Positions 31,461 to 40,000 of a stretch of 40,000 nucleotides of DNA are shown here, piece after piece. This stretch comes from Neptuniibacter sp. (lineage in GTDB: Bacteria > Pseudomonadota > Gammaproteobacteria > Pseudomonadales > Balneatricaceae). The translations under genes and the position numbers were made by a program. The stretch spans positions 37,762 to 77,761 of the forward strand of contig NZ_JAAEQH010000061.1 of assembly GCF_024231755.1 (NCBI RefSeq), read 5' to 3'. A model generated the notes under the pieces. It made no database searches and was not told where the DNA came from. It saw only the letters and a program-made list of their open reading frames with translations. Position 1 is the stretch's first letter; the number at the start of each line of letters is the position of its first letter.

Positions 31461-32156
31461 TCATTCATGATCATATCGATAACCCAAACCATGTACGGTT
31501 TTAATGATTTTTGGGGTCTTAGGGTCGATCTCAATTAGCTTTCTTAATTTGGAAATATGCTGATCCAGTGTTCGGCTGCTGGGTAGATAGTCACGTCCCC
31601 AGCAATGATTGAACAACATGTCTCGATCAACTACTTTTCCTTTGTTTTCAAAGAGTAACTGAAGAGTCTTAATATCTCTCAAACTAAGCTCCATTACCAT
31701 TTCTTCCCGTTTGGCACGGAGCTGTTCCGGATGAACCTCAAGATCGTCCAGCTGAAAACATACCTCAGCAGAAGAAGTTGTTAGTTTCTCTGATTGCAGG
31801 CAGCGACGAGTGACCGCTCTTATTCTGGCAATGACCTCGCGTGTCCCAAAAGGCTTTTTAATATAGTCGTCAGCCCCCAGCTCAAGCCCTAGAACTTGAT
31901 CTATTTCCTCAGATTTCGCCGTAATAAAAACAACTGGAACCTGCTCATTCAACTGACGTATCTTACGACAAACAGCGTAACCATCCATTTTCGGCATCAT
32001 GATATCCAAAAGAACCAGTGCAGGTTGCTGCTCAGAGAATAACTTTAGCGCGGCCTCTCCATCCGCTGCTTCAATGCAGTCATAACCCTCGGCCTCTAAC
32101 AGATCAACAAGGCCAAGGCGGATATTAATATCGTCCTCTGCGATTAATACTCTCAC
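31461..32156 (-). CDS. OmpR-family two-component response regulator
   Basis: Receiver domain (RVLIAEDD...LDIMMPKMDG...ITAK) plus a winged-helix output domain (LSLRDIKTLQLLFENKGKVVDRDML...TLDQHISKLRKLIE...IKTVHGLGYRY). A 4-nt overlap with the kinase gene. Confidence 0.93.
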   Translation of the reverse strand: MRVLIAEDDINIRLGLVDLLEAEGYDCIEAADGEAALKLFSEQQPALVLLDIMMPKMDGYAVCRKIRQLNEQVPVVFITAKSEEIDQVLGLELGADDYIKKPFGTREVIARIRAVTRRCLQSEKLTTSSAEVCFQLDDLEVHPEQLRAKREEMVMELSLRDIKTLQLLFENKGKVVDRDMLFNHCWGRDYLPSSRTLDQHISKLRKLIEIDPKTPKIIKTVHGLGYRYDHE

Positions 32157-33187
32157 TCCTCGCCCTCCAGTTCATTTTCCTTGATTGATATACTCACAAG
32201 GAAACTTGCCCCACGTTGGGTAGATTCAAGTACGAGATCCCCGCTGTGCGCACGGGCCAGCTCACGTGCGATACTCAGACCTATTCCTGTGCCACTTACA
32301 CCGTCAGTCAATTTGTTACTCGCTCTATAGAATGGTGTGAATATTTTCGCGGCTGCATTTTTATCTATACCTGGGCCATCATCTTCCACACGGATAAAGC
32401 AGAAATGCTTCCCATCCTCCCAGCATGACACCTGAACCTGACCACTATCGGCGGCGTATTTTTCACAATTACTTAAAAGATTATTGAGAATCTGCTCAAC
32501 CGCGTTTGGGTCAAAATATGCCGTGCTATCGCATCTGTTATCAAACTGGATGCTCATAGCTTTCTGTTTAAAAGCGGGCTCAAAATTCCCAATGACTTTT
32601 TCAATGGTGTGACAGATTCGATCTTGCTGACGGCAGATCTTGTTATTGCTACGACCGATGCGGGAGAAACTCAGAACGTTATCGATTAAGCGTGAGAGTC
32701 TCTGGCTTTCGTTATTGATCACATCAAGGTAGCGTTTCTGCTTTACCTCAGATTCATCTACTTGGTTATCCAACATCTCTGCATACATGCGCACATTGGT
32801 GAGCGGTGTCTTAAGCTCGTGAGATACCTGATTTACAAAATTGACACGCTGTTCAGCTATTCGCGCAGCTTGAGTCTGTTCTCTGTATAGCATCCAGGCC
32901 AAAAGCGACAATCCCAAAAAAGTAAGCATTACAGTGCTATAGGTTTCAAGCCAACTGTTGGATGGCGACTGAAGGGCAGGTGAGTAATACTCAAGATGCC
33001 AACTAGCAAGCGGATGACTGAGGGATAAGGTTTGTAACGGTTCTGCGTTCTTTGCTATCTGGCTAAGTTGTCCCCACTCGTAAACTATCTCCCTCTGACT
33101 GTTAAGCATACGAATGGCAGCGTTTTTCAATTGATCAATCGATTGGCTCTCTGCTTCGTCTGGAAGCATATTGATAAGATCTGACAT
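32153..33187 (-). CDS. Sensor histidine kinase (TM2 + HisKA + HATPase_c), lacking its own N-terminal anchor
   Basis: H-box VSHELKTPLTNV, N-box LNNLLSNCEKY, G-boxes VEDDGPGI and GTGIGLSIA. A single TM segment (VMLTFLGLSLLAWMLY) is preceded by about 80 non-anchored residues. Confidence 0.9.
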   Translation of the reverse strand: MSDLINMLPDEAESQSIDQLKNAAIRMLNSQREIVYEWGQLSQIAKNAEPLQTLSLSHPLASWHLEYYSPALQSPSNSWLETYSTVMLTFLGLSLLAWMLYREQTQAARIAEQRVNFVNQVSHELKTPLTNVRMYAEMLDNQVDESEVKQKRYLDVINNESQRLSRLIDNVLSFSRIGRSNNKICRQQDRICHTIEKVIGNFEPAFKQKAMSIQFDNRCDSTAYFDPNAVEQILNNLLSNCEKYAADSGQVQVSCWEDGKHFCFIRVEDDGPGIDKNAAAKIFTPFYRASNKLTDGVSGTGIGLSIARELARAHSGDLVLESTQRGASFLVSISIKENELEGEE

Positions 33188-33976
33188 CTAACGTGCATTA
33201 TTAAGGCTGAAACCAATGACTTCCCCGCTAGGGGTTTCCTTCCAGTAAAGCTGTTCCAGTTCCGCTCCTCTATACCAAGCGATCCACCCCGATGGAGAGC
33301 TCTCTATATTTGAAACTACAATTTGATCGTTCTCTGCATCAGCAAACGTCTCAGATGCGGGTTCTTGTGCTAAATCAGCAGAACTAATATAGGGCGCTGA
33401 TTGCACTGGCTTTTGTGTCGATATATTTATCTCCGGAGCAGCAGGAGCAGACCTTAATTGAGCACTGATAGTTTTAGATACTTGGCGCGCTTCAGCCAAA
33501 ACACTACTTTCTGCAGGTATTGAATACTTTTCAGAAGGTTCTGCTGTGTTGCTTACTTCATTCCTGACATGAAAAAGATCACGATTATCCAGCAACTCTT
33601 TATAACCATTTATGAAAGCGCGCTCACTTCGAGTCAGATTGCCAGAGCCAGGATAGATTGTTTCCCGATCTGCATTAAGGATAAACACTTGATCAATATA
33701 AGGACTGGATTTGGTCAGATTACGGATACTTGGCAAGCTGTACTCTGAATCTTTTTCCGCGTACTGCTTGGCCACTTCTTGATTCAATGCCCCTTCAAGG
33801 CGGCGAAAATGCCCCTGAAATGATTGATCGATCTTTGCTAATTGCGACTCGACTAACGCTTCTAATTGATGATTAACCAGCTGCTGTTGCTGCTCCTCGA
33901 CGCGCGCTGAAAACCAGGCCAACACCAACAGGGGCATTAGGATTATGCAAATCAGTAACAGGGGCGTTTTTTTCAT
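33188..33976 (-). CDS. Membrane-anchored periplasmic protein, probably the N-terminal sensor half of the downstream kinase
   Basis: N-terminal TM segment (LLLICIILMPLLVLAWF) and a periplasmic region. Its TAG stop abuts the kinase ATG and is in the same frame (TAGATG at 33190-33185). Confidence 0.65.
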   Translation of the reverse strand: MKKTPLLLICIILMPLLVLAWFSARVEEQQQQLVNHQLEALVESQLAKIDQSFQGHFRRLEGALNQEVAKQYAEKDSEYSLPSIRNLTKSSPYIDQVFILNADRETIYPGSGNLTRSERAFINGYKELLDNRDLFHVRNEVSNTAEPSEKYSIPAESSVLAEARQVSKTISAQLRSAPAAPEINISTQKPVQSAPYISSADLAQEPASETFADAENDQIVVSNIESSPSGWIAWYRGAELEQLYWKETPSGEVIGFSLNNAR

Positions 33977-33991
33977 CTAATAATTCTGCTG

Positions 33992-35341
33992 CTAATAACT
34001 CTGCTGTGTGGCACGCTTATATTGACGCTCTTTAAGTTCCTTGCGTTTCTTATTCCATTCTTGCTCATCATCCAGCTCTTCAGCATCTTTTAGTGCCTCT
34101 TCTTTCTGCTCAATAAGCTTCGGCGAAGCCAGTGTTTGACCCAGATTATCTAGGTAATCTGCACTTTTCTGCAAAATACTCTTGGCTGCGTTAATGTCAC
34201 CTTTATCGCGTAATTCTACAGCTTCCCGGTTCAGCTCATTTGCAACCTGCTCAGCTGCTGCCTCATAGGTTTTCGTATCAACAGCATCCTCAATTTCCTG
34301 TTGTGAACGCGTAAAAGCGGCAGTCACATTGCTGTTAAGGCGCTCGGTACGTTTATTGAACAGGTCTGTATAACTGATGTTTACATCAACGAGGTTTATC
34401 TCTGCATGTTCCTTTTGCTCTGGCACCTCAACTTCCAGAATCATGAACTTTTCCTGTTCACTGTATAGCTGATTAAGCCGAGTTTGTACGGTATTACCTA
34501 TTATGTCCGCTTCACGACCCAGTATGCGGAGTGGCTTCACTCCATTGCGACAGTGAATTTCTATTTCAACCCCTTGAGCTACAACAGAAAGCACATCACC
34601 AAATTCATATTGGAATATTCGAGCCAGATCACCTGCATTCTCGACAAATGCATGATTGCCATCACTAAAGCCAGCTAGTTGTGTCATAAGGTCTTCGTTA
34701 TAGCCAAGTCCTAACCCTATCGTAGTTACACTCATCCCTTCTTTAGCTAATGACAAGCCAAGTTTGCCAAGATCATTGGGGGAGCTGGGGCCTACATTAG
34801 CAAGGCCGTCAGAGAGAAGAATGACTCGATTTACCTTATTAAGATCCAGAAACTTTCTTAACTCTTGCGCGCCTTTGCTGACACCAGCAAAGAGAGCAGT
34901 ATTACCATTGGCCTGTATATCGCTGATAGCACTGGCTATAAGCTTCTTGTCACTGACTTTGGTTGCAGGAACAACCACCTGAACACGAGAATCGTAGCTA
35001 ACCACAGAAACAATATCGTGCTTATCAAGGCGTTTGATTGCCATAATTGCAGCTTCTTTAGCCCGCAAAAGCTTTTCGCCCTGCATGGAGCCTGATTTAT
35101 CGAGCACTACAGCTATGTTGGCAGGAATACGTTGCTGCTCCTGTTCCTGCTTAATACCCTCTAAAGAAATTTTAATGAACGCTTTATGGCGCTGCTCAGC
35201 CTCCATGACAGGAGTAGCCAGATTGATATTTAGGTCGACCTGTTTTGCTTGCACTAAAGACACAAAGGAGGGGGAGAGAGCCAAGGCAGCGGATGCTAAT
35301 AGGCTCAGACTTACTTTTCTTATTTGACGAAGACTGTTCAT
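33992..35341 (-). CDS. Secreted vWA domain protein with a charged coiled-coil C-terminus
   Basis: Start trimmed to ATG 35341 (GAGGA upstream). Signal peptide MNSLRQIRKVSLSLLASAALALSPSFVSLVQA, MIDAS motif AVVLDKSGSMQG ... ILLSDGLANVG, and a Lys/Glu-rich tail. Confidence 0.85.
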   Translation of the reverse strand: MNSLRQIRKVSLSLLASAALALSPSFVSLVQAKQVDLNINLATPVMEAEQRHKAFIKISLEGIKQEQEQQRIPANIAVVLDKSGSMQGEKLLRAKEAAIMAIKRLDKHDIVSVVSYDSRVQVVVPATKVSDKKLIASAISDIQANGNTALFAGVSKGAQELRKFLDLNKVNRVILLSDGLANVGPSSPNDLGKLGLSLAKEGMSVTTIGLGLGYNEDLMTQLAGFSDGNHAFVENAGDLARIFQYEFGDVLSVVAQGVEIEIHCRNGVKPLRILGREADIIGNTVQTRLNQLYSEQEKFMILEVEVPEQKEHAEINLVDVNISYTDLFNKRTERLNSNVTAAFTRSQQEIEDAVDTKTYEAAAEQVANELNREAVELRDKGDINAAKSILQKSADYLDNLGQTLASPKLIEQKEEALKDAEELDDEQEWNKKRKELKERQYKRATQQSY

Positions 35342-35545
35342 GGTTCTATTCCTCAATCTAGTATCGATAGCTCCAATGTAAGCCAGCCCCGCTTTCAAAA
35401 AGTCAGACAGATTTATAAATGTTGTAAAAGATTTGTAAAAAAGGATCAAGGCCGCCCTGAATCTGATTCAGGTCAGTTACATATTGCTGCCGCTGTTACA
35501 GAATGAGCAGTCGGTAAATCTAAAAATAAGACGCAAGGAGCCCAA

Positions 35546-35911
35546 ATGACTAAAACAAGTGAGCTAATCTGGCAAGATCAGCAGCATCAAGTGCTATTTG
35601 AGCTTATCGATGAGATCAAGGCAGACCATGTGGACTCATCAACTTTTGAGCGTCTTAACGATTACGCCGAGCATCATTTCTTGCTGGAAGAAGCCTACAT
35701 GAAGGCGCTGAACTATCCTGGATTTGAAGATCACCTCCAAGCCCACAATAAGTTTCGGGTTGAGCTGGGCAAGATGCTTGATGACCACCACACTTATAAC
35801 TCTCAACTAAGAGACATGCTGTCTGATTTCCTTTCTGAATGGCTTAAACGCCACATTTTCGGTGTAGATAAGAAGCTTGAAGAGTTTATTCTGAACTCGG
35901 AATGTAAATAA
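35546..35911 (+). CDS. Hemerythrin-like metal-binding protein (bacteriohemerythrin)
   Basis: W.DQQHQVLFELI, DYAEHHFLLEEAYM..LNYPGFEDHLQAHNKF, WLKRHIFGVDKKL carry the hemerythrin His/Glu/Asp ligand pattern. Confidence 0.85.
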   Translation: MTKTSELIWQDQQHQVLFELIDEIKADHVDSSTFERLNDYAEHHFLLEEAYMKALNYPGFEDHLQAHNKFRVELGKMLDDHHTYNSQLRDMLSDFLSEWLKRHIFGVDKKLEEFILNSECK

Positions 35912-36020
35912 CGTTCACGGAAATATCACAACCTTAATATTTCATTGTTTTTTAACGCTTGTTTTTGGAGTTTAGTTGATCTAATTTCAATCTTTTCTTG
36001 ATGCTACTGAGAAACGATAA

Positions 36021-36407
36021 ATGCCGCTGATCTGTATTAAGTCTTTACCGTTTGAAGATGAAGTTGATGTGCCTGGTATGATCAAGAGCATCACTGAAGA
36101 TTTTGCTCATGGTACCGAAGTGAGCATTGAGCATATTACAGTGACCTGGGAGTATATTTCGGCCCGTCACTACTCAGTTGCAGGCCTTATGCCCGCAACC
36201 CAGCCGCAGAGCGATAGCCATCCAATTCTAGTTGAGCTTCATGCTCCCAGCTTTCATAACCAAAGCAGTGTTGAAACGATGATGCAATGTATTGCATTTT
36301 CGGTTTCAAAGCGCAGCGGTGTGTCTTACGGCAACATTTTTATTAATTACCACAAAGTCAGCTCAGGCCATATTTTCGACCGTGGCGATGTAGTGCACTG
36401 GAAGTGA
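36021..36407 (+). CDS. Hypothetical protein, possibly tautomerase-superfamily-like (Met-Pro N-terminus, tandem beta-alpha-beta halves)
   Basis: It begins MPLICIKSLPF..., and its second half (HPILVELHAPSF...) repeats the pattern. The assignment rests on pattern only. Confidence 0.3.
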   Translation: MPLICIKSLPFEDEVDVPGMIKSITEDFAHGTEVSIEHITVTWEYISARHYSVAGLMPATQPQSDSHPILVELHAPSFHNQSSVETMMQCIAFSVSKRSGVSYGNIFINYHKVSSGHIFDRGDVVHWK

Positions 36408-36444
36408 TTTTGAAGGGGCAGACTAAGTCTTACCCACTTGCATG

Positions 36445-37134
36445 TCAGGCGAGCTCGACGATTGAGTTGAAAGCAATAATCACTCTATCTTTTTTCCCAA
36501 AATAGGGCAGAGCTGAGTGCTTTAGATACGAAGGAAAAATAACAACCTGTCCTTCAACTGGCTCGAAATCCCAGAAGCCCTGTTGATTGATATAGGCGGA
36601 ACCCGCATCAGCATAATGATCTGCATTAACGCGAGGATCATAAAAACGGTTCACGCCATTACGGGATCCCAATTCACATTCGCCTGGATCAAGGTAGTAG
36701 ATCCCACACCATGAGCAGTTTGGATGGGAATGCACATCGTGATAACCACCATCCTGAGTAACATGAAACCAGGATTCAATGATTGTCGCATCACCTTCAG
36801 CGTCTTCAGGCCAGTACTCATGATTCACTTCAGTCGCTATTGCCGAGATCAACTCTTCCAGCATGCGACGAAGTTCCATGATGGCTGGATTATCTGCTTC
36901 CAAGAAACACAGTTTACTTTCAAACAGCTGATGCTTAGCAGTAACGGCAACCTCGCTGGCTACAGCTTGTTCCTGTGACTTTTGATAGTTGTAAATATAT
37001 TGCAGCAGATCTTCTTTTAGGAACTCATGATCAGGATTAGAAGTAACGAACAGAGGAGAAGACCAGGCCTGAATCGGCTCAATCACAGGTGATTCTGAAT
37101 ACATAAAGCAACTACCTAAGCGAGTGTTTCCCAT
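36445..37134 (-). CDS. Putative 2OG-Fe(II) oxygenase, TIGR02466 / 2OG-FeII_Oxy_5-like
   Basis: WFHVTQDGGYHDVHSHPNCSWCGIYYL, FYDPR, GQVVIFPSYLKHSALP and RVIIAFN match the family pattern (HxH...H plus an Arg-containing C-terminal strand). Start may be the downstream ATG (MYSESPV). Confidence 0.7.
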   Translation of the reverse strand: MGNTRLGSCFMYSESPVIEPIQAWSSPLFVTSNPDHEFLKEDLLQYIYNYQKSQEQAVASEVAVTAKHQLFESKLCFLEADNPAIMELRRMLEELISAIATEVNHEYWPEDAEGDATIIESWFHVTQDGGYHDVHSHPNCSWCGIYYLDPGECELGSRNGVNRFYDPRVNADHYADAGSAYINQQGFWDFEPVEGQVVIFPSYLKHSALPYFGKKDRVIIAFNSIVELA

Positions 37135-37186
37135 ATTTTACTCTGACAAGAGAAAACACAAAATGGCGAAGATCAACCTAAACTGT

Positions 37187-37984
37187 TTACTTTGATTGGC
37201 CAGAAGTTCCCACCCAACTAACTTCAAGCTCATAAGAGATGGAGCGAGCCAAACCATCCAGATCAGGGAATAGGGTGGCATTACTAATGTTCATTCGATA
37301 CAAAGCTTCCATCGCTTCTTTACGAATATCTGGAGATAGAACAATTTTGGCAAGTATTGGTCTGTCATAGACGTAGTTACTTAAAAGCTCTTCTACGGTT
37401 ACATCAATTTTCCCAGGAATCATAAATGTTCCGGCCTGAGCAACAATACGGCGATCCATGGTCCATGGCTCACCAGGCCAGACAACAGGGTAATTATTTG
37501 ACAGGTAATAACGGTTTAGCGAATCAGAATTACGTGGATCTATAGCATCACGATTAAGCTCTGGAAAACCTGGTGGTGTAGCCTCGTGCCAGAGGGCAGG
37601 GGTGTTTACAGCAAAGACCGCAGCAGGCGTTGTACAAGACTGCAAAGCAAAGTAACTGGCCACATAAGGTGATTTAGTAAAATCTAGTAAACGAGTTGGT
37701 GCTCCATGATGCTGCATAAGGGCGAGGCAGCGAAAATCGTCTTTTAGTGAAGAGGTATCGTTAAGGAAGTAGTGAGCCTTGCGTTTAAAAACGCGGATTG
37801 CCCGATCTTCTTGTTCCGCCCATTTATCCTGAGGCACAAACTGTTTTAAGCGACGAGTGAGAGAGCTTTCCAGCCCCCATTCAGCATCTCGTTGACCACG
37901 AAATGCCCAACCACGAAGCTCTTCTGACTCTACCAATAGAAGAAAATCCTTCCAGCTTTCCACTTCATAGAGCTGTGTCATCAC
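37187..37984 (-). CDS. FRG domain protein
   Basis: Has the name-giving motif GWAFRGQRDAEWGL, plus LALMQHHGAPTRLLDFTKSPYVASYFAL and RIVAQAGTFMIPG. Confidence 0.8.
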   Translation of the reverse strand: MMTQLYEVESWKDFLLLVESEELRGWAFRGQRDAEWGLESSLTRRLKQFVPQDKWAEQEDRAIRVFKRKAHYFLNDTSSLKDDFRCLALMQHHGAPTRLLDFTKSPYVASYFALQSCTTPAAVFAVNTPALWHEATPPGFPELNRDAIDPRNSDSLNRYYLSNNYPVVWPGEPWTMDRRIVAQAGTFMIPGKIDVTVEELLSNYVYDRPILAKIVLSPDIRKEAMEALYRMNISNATLFPDLDGLARSISYELEVSWVGTSGQSK

Positions 37985-38315
37985 GTTTTCCTTTGCACCA
38001 AAACAGGCCGTTTAATAGAAATTGTAGTGCTTATTTGCGGCTCATTCACCTTGTAAACAGAGATAAAGCAGCAAGTCACTCTGCGTTAATTATCATCTAA
38101 TCAAGAGGTTATGTTTACTGGACCAAAGGCATGGAGAGCCATGTGACGAAATTAGCAGGAATGGCGGGGCCTCGATATGTAGTACTAAATGAGTAATTTT
38201 TCAATGCCAAGGAATGATACCTGCTTTTCGGGCAGGGTAGCTAATATTGATTTGTAAAGTAACCAGCACTGCCGCCAGTAGAGAGGCAGTTGATAAAAAT
38301 TATAGAGGCACTTAG

Positions 38316-39839
38316 ATGACGATTTACGCTAAGCCGGGTACAGAAGGCTCTGTTGTTACATTTAAAGAACGTTATGGTAACTTCATCAACGGCGAGTGGG
38401 TTGCACCTGTTAATGGTCAGTACTTCACTAACCACACTCCAGTAACTGGTGAAGCTGTATGTGAGATTCCACGCTCTGATTCAGCAGATATCGAAAAAGC
38501 TCTGGACGCTGCGCACGCGGCTCAGATGACTTGGGGCAAAACATCTACGATCGAGCGTCAGAACATCCTTCTGAAAGTTGCTGACCTGATCGAAGCTAAC
38601 CTGGAAAAACTGGCTGTAGCTGAGACTTGGGATAACGGTAAAGCTGTTCGTGAAACGCTGGCTGCTGACGTTCCACTATCTGCTGACCACTTCCGTTACT
38701 TCGCTGGCTGCATCCGTGCACAGGAAGGTTCTATCGGTGAAATCGACGAAACTACAGTTGCTTACCACTTCCACGAGCCACTAGGTGTTGTTGGTCAGAT
38801 CATTCCTTGGAACTTCCCACTGCTGATGGCAGCATGGAAGATCGCTCCAGCACTGGCAGCAGGTAACTCTATTGTCCTGAAACCAGCTGAAGCAACTCCA
38901 CTATCTATTCTTATCCTGCTTGAGTGCATCGCTGAAGCACTTCCACCAGGTGTACTGAACGTTGTTAACGGTTTCGGTGGCGAAGCAGGTCAGGCTCTGG
39001 CTTCTAGCACTCGTATCGCTAAGATCGCGTTCACAGGTTCTACTCCAGTAGGTTCTCACATCATGAAATGTGCTGCTGAGAACATCATCCCATCTACAAC
39101 TGAGCTGGGTGGTAAGTCTCCAAACGTTTACTTCAATGACGTTATGGATCAGGACGACGAGTTCGTAAGCAAAGCAGTAGAAGGTGCGGTACTGGCATTC
39201 TTCAACCAGGGTGAAGTTTGTACTTGTCCTTCACGTCTACTGGTTCAGGAAGATATCGCTGATGCATTCCTGGCTAAAGTTGTTGAGCGCGTAGGCATGA
39301 TCAAGCGTGGCAACCCACTGGATACTGATACAATGGTTGGTGCTCAGGCGTCTCAGGAACAGTTCGATAAGATCCTGGGTTACATCGACATCGGTCGTGA
39401 CGAAGGTGCTGAAGTCCTGACAGGTGGCGGCATCGAGAAACTGGAAGGCGATTACGGTAACGGTTACTACATCAAGCCTACTCTTCTGAAAGGCACAAAC
39501 GACATGCGCGTTTTCCAGGAAGAGATCTTCGGCCCAGTAGTTTCTGTAACTACATTTAAAGACGAAGCTGAAGCGCTGGCTATCGCGAACGACACTGAGT
39601 TCGGTCTGGGCGCAGGCGTATGGTCTCGCGACACTAACATCGCTTACCGCATGGGTCGTGGCATCCAGGCTGGTCGTGTATGGATGAACTGCTACCACCT
39701 GTACCCAGCACACGCTGCGTTCGGCGGTTACAAGAAGTCCGGTGTAGGTCGTGAAACTCACAAGATGATTCTGGACCACTACCAGCAGACTAAAAACATG
39801 CTGGTTAGCTACAGCGAAAGCCCACTGGGCTTCTTCTAA
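38316..39839 (+). CDS. aldB: NAD(P)-dependent aldehyde dehydrogenase (AldB/ExaC-like)
   Basis: Colinear with E. coli AldB ([80 protein letters not shown]). Strongly biased codon usage. Confidence 0.96.
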   Translation: MTIYAKPGTEGSVVTFKERYGNFINGEWVAPVNGQYFTNHTPVTGEAVCEIPRSDSADIEKALDAAHAAQMTWGKTSTIERQNILLKVADLIEANLEKLAVAETWDNGKAVRETLAADVPLSADHFRYFAGCIRAQEGSIGEIDETTVAYHFHEPLGVVGQIIPWNFPLLMAAWKIAPALAAGNSIVLKPAEATPLSILILLECIAEALPPGVLNVVNGFGGEAGQALASSTRIAKIAFTGSTPVGSHIMKCAAENIIPSTTELGGKSPNVYFNDVMDQDDEFVSKAVEGAVLAFFNQGEVCTCPSRLLVQEDIADAFLAKVVERVGMIKRGNPLDTDTMVGAQASQEQFDKILGYIDIGRDEGAEVLTGGGIEKLEGDYGNGYYIKPTLLKGTNDMRVFQEEIFGPVVSVTTFKDEAEALAIANDTEFGLGAGVWSRDTNIAYRMGRGIQAGRVWMNCYHLYPAHAAFGGYKKSGVGRETHKMILDHYQQTKNMLVSYSESPLGFF

Positions 39840-39916
39840 GGGAGCTGGCATAGAAGCCCACTGCAAACAGCGGGCTTCTACCCTAAAGCTATTTCATGTA
39901 GCTTCTTGCGTTTATT

Positions 39917-39941
39917 GCGGCCCTTTATGGGCCGCTTTTTT
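39917..39941 (+). terminator. Rho-independent terminator downstream of aldB
   Basis: GCGGCCC-tttat-GGGCCGC-TTTTTT. An additional T-less hairpin AGAAGCCC...GGGCTTCT lies at 39852-39879. Confidence 0.8.
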
Positions 39942-40000
39942 ATGCCTCATATAATCACACCCGCACGGAAAGCATGACTCATTAAGAGCCCCTAACTCCA

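Noticed and set aside
35342-35449. The ORF-track N-terminal extension of the vWA gene (MILFYKSFTTFINLSDF...)
   Set aside because: The internal ATG 35341 is preceded by GAGGA and gives a canonical signal peptide. The extension has no support.
39237-39866. A 209-aa ORF antisense to the aldehyde dehydrogenase gene
   Set aside because: It lies wholly inside a CDS with strong AldB homology and strong codon bias on the other strand. Its product is low-complexity with no motifs, which is the usual shadow ORF of a biased gene.

Overview
This window is a gammaproteobacterial chromosome segment, probably marine, and is mostly housekeeping genes. Two blocks match E. coli gene order. One is rluE-icd together with purB-hflD-mnmA-nudJ. 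The other is cspD-clpS-clpA-infA-(bpt)-aat-trxB-[lrp replaced]-ftsK-lolA-rarA-(crcB)-serS. The most distinctive element is a small chromosomal integron at about 21.0-24.2 kb, sitting between serS and purB. It has an IntI-type integrase, an attI site with a LexA-box-like operator next to it, and at least four attC-bounded cassettes. The cassettes carry two mini membrane proteins, an orphan 255-aa enzyme-like protein, a CPXCG zinc-ribbon protein and an Rmf/CrpP-like peptide. A decayed distal region follows, with a VOC/glyoxalase gene, a truncated Rossmann-fold gene stub, a His-rich periplasmic protein and a DUF1330 protein. Other accessory or unusual loci: (i) a VIT+vWA secreted protein cut by the left edge, next to two orphan acidic proteins and an XRE regulator; (ii) a CheW-like protein with a zinc-binding CZB domain inserted in its middle, at the position lrp holds in E. 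coli; (iii) a four-gene vWA / sensor / histidine kinase / response regulator operon whose sensor kinase is split by a single in-frame TAG followed directly by ATG; (iv) an FRG-domain protein paired with a TIGR02466-type 2OG-Fe(II) oxygenase. I saw no rRNA, tRNA or CRISPR. All product calls rest on motif and family recognition by eye from the translated ORFs. No database search was run.
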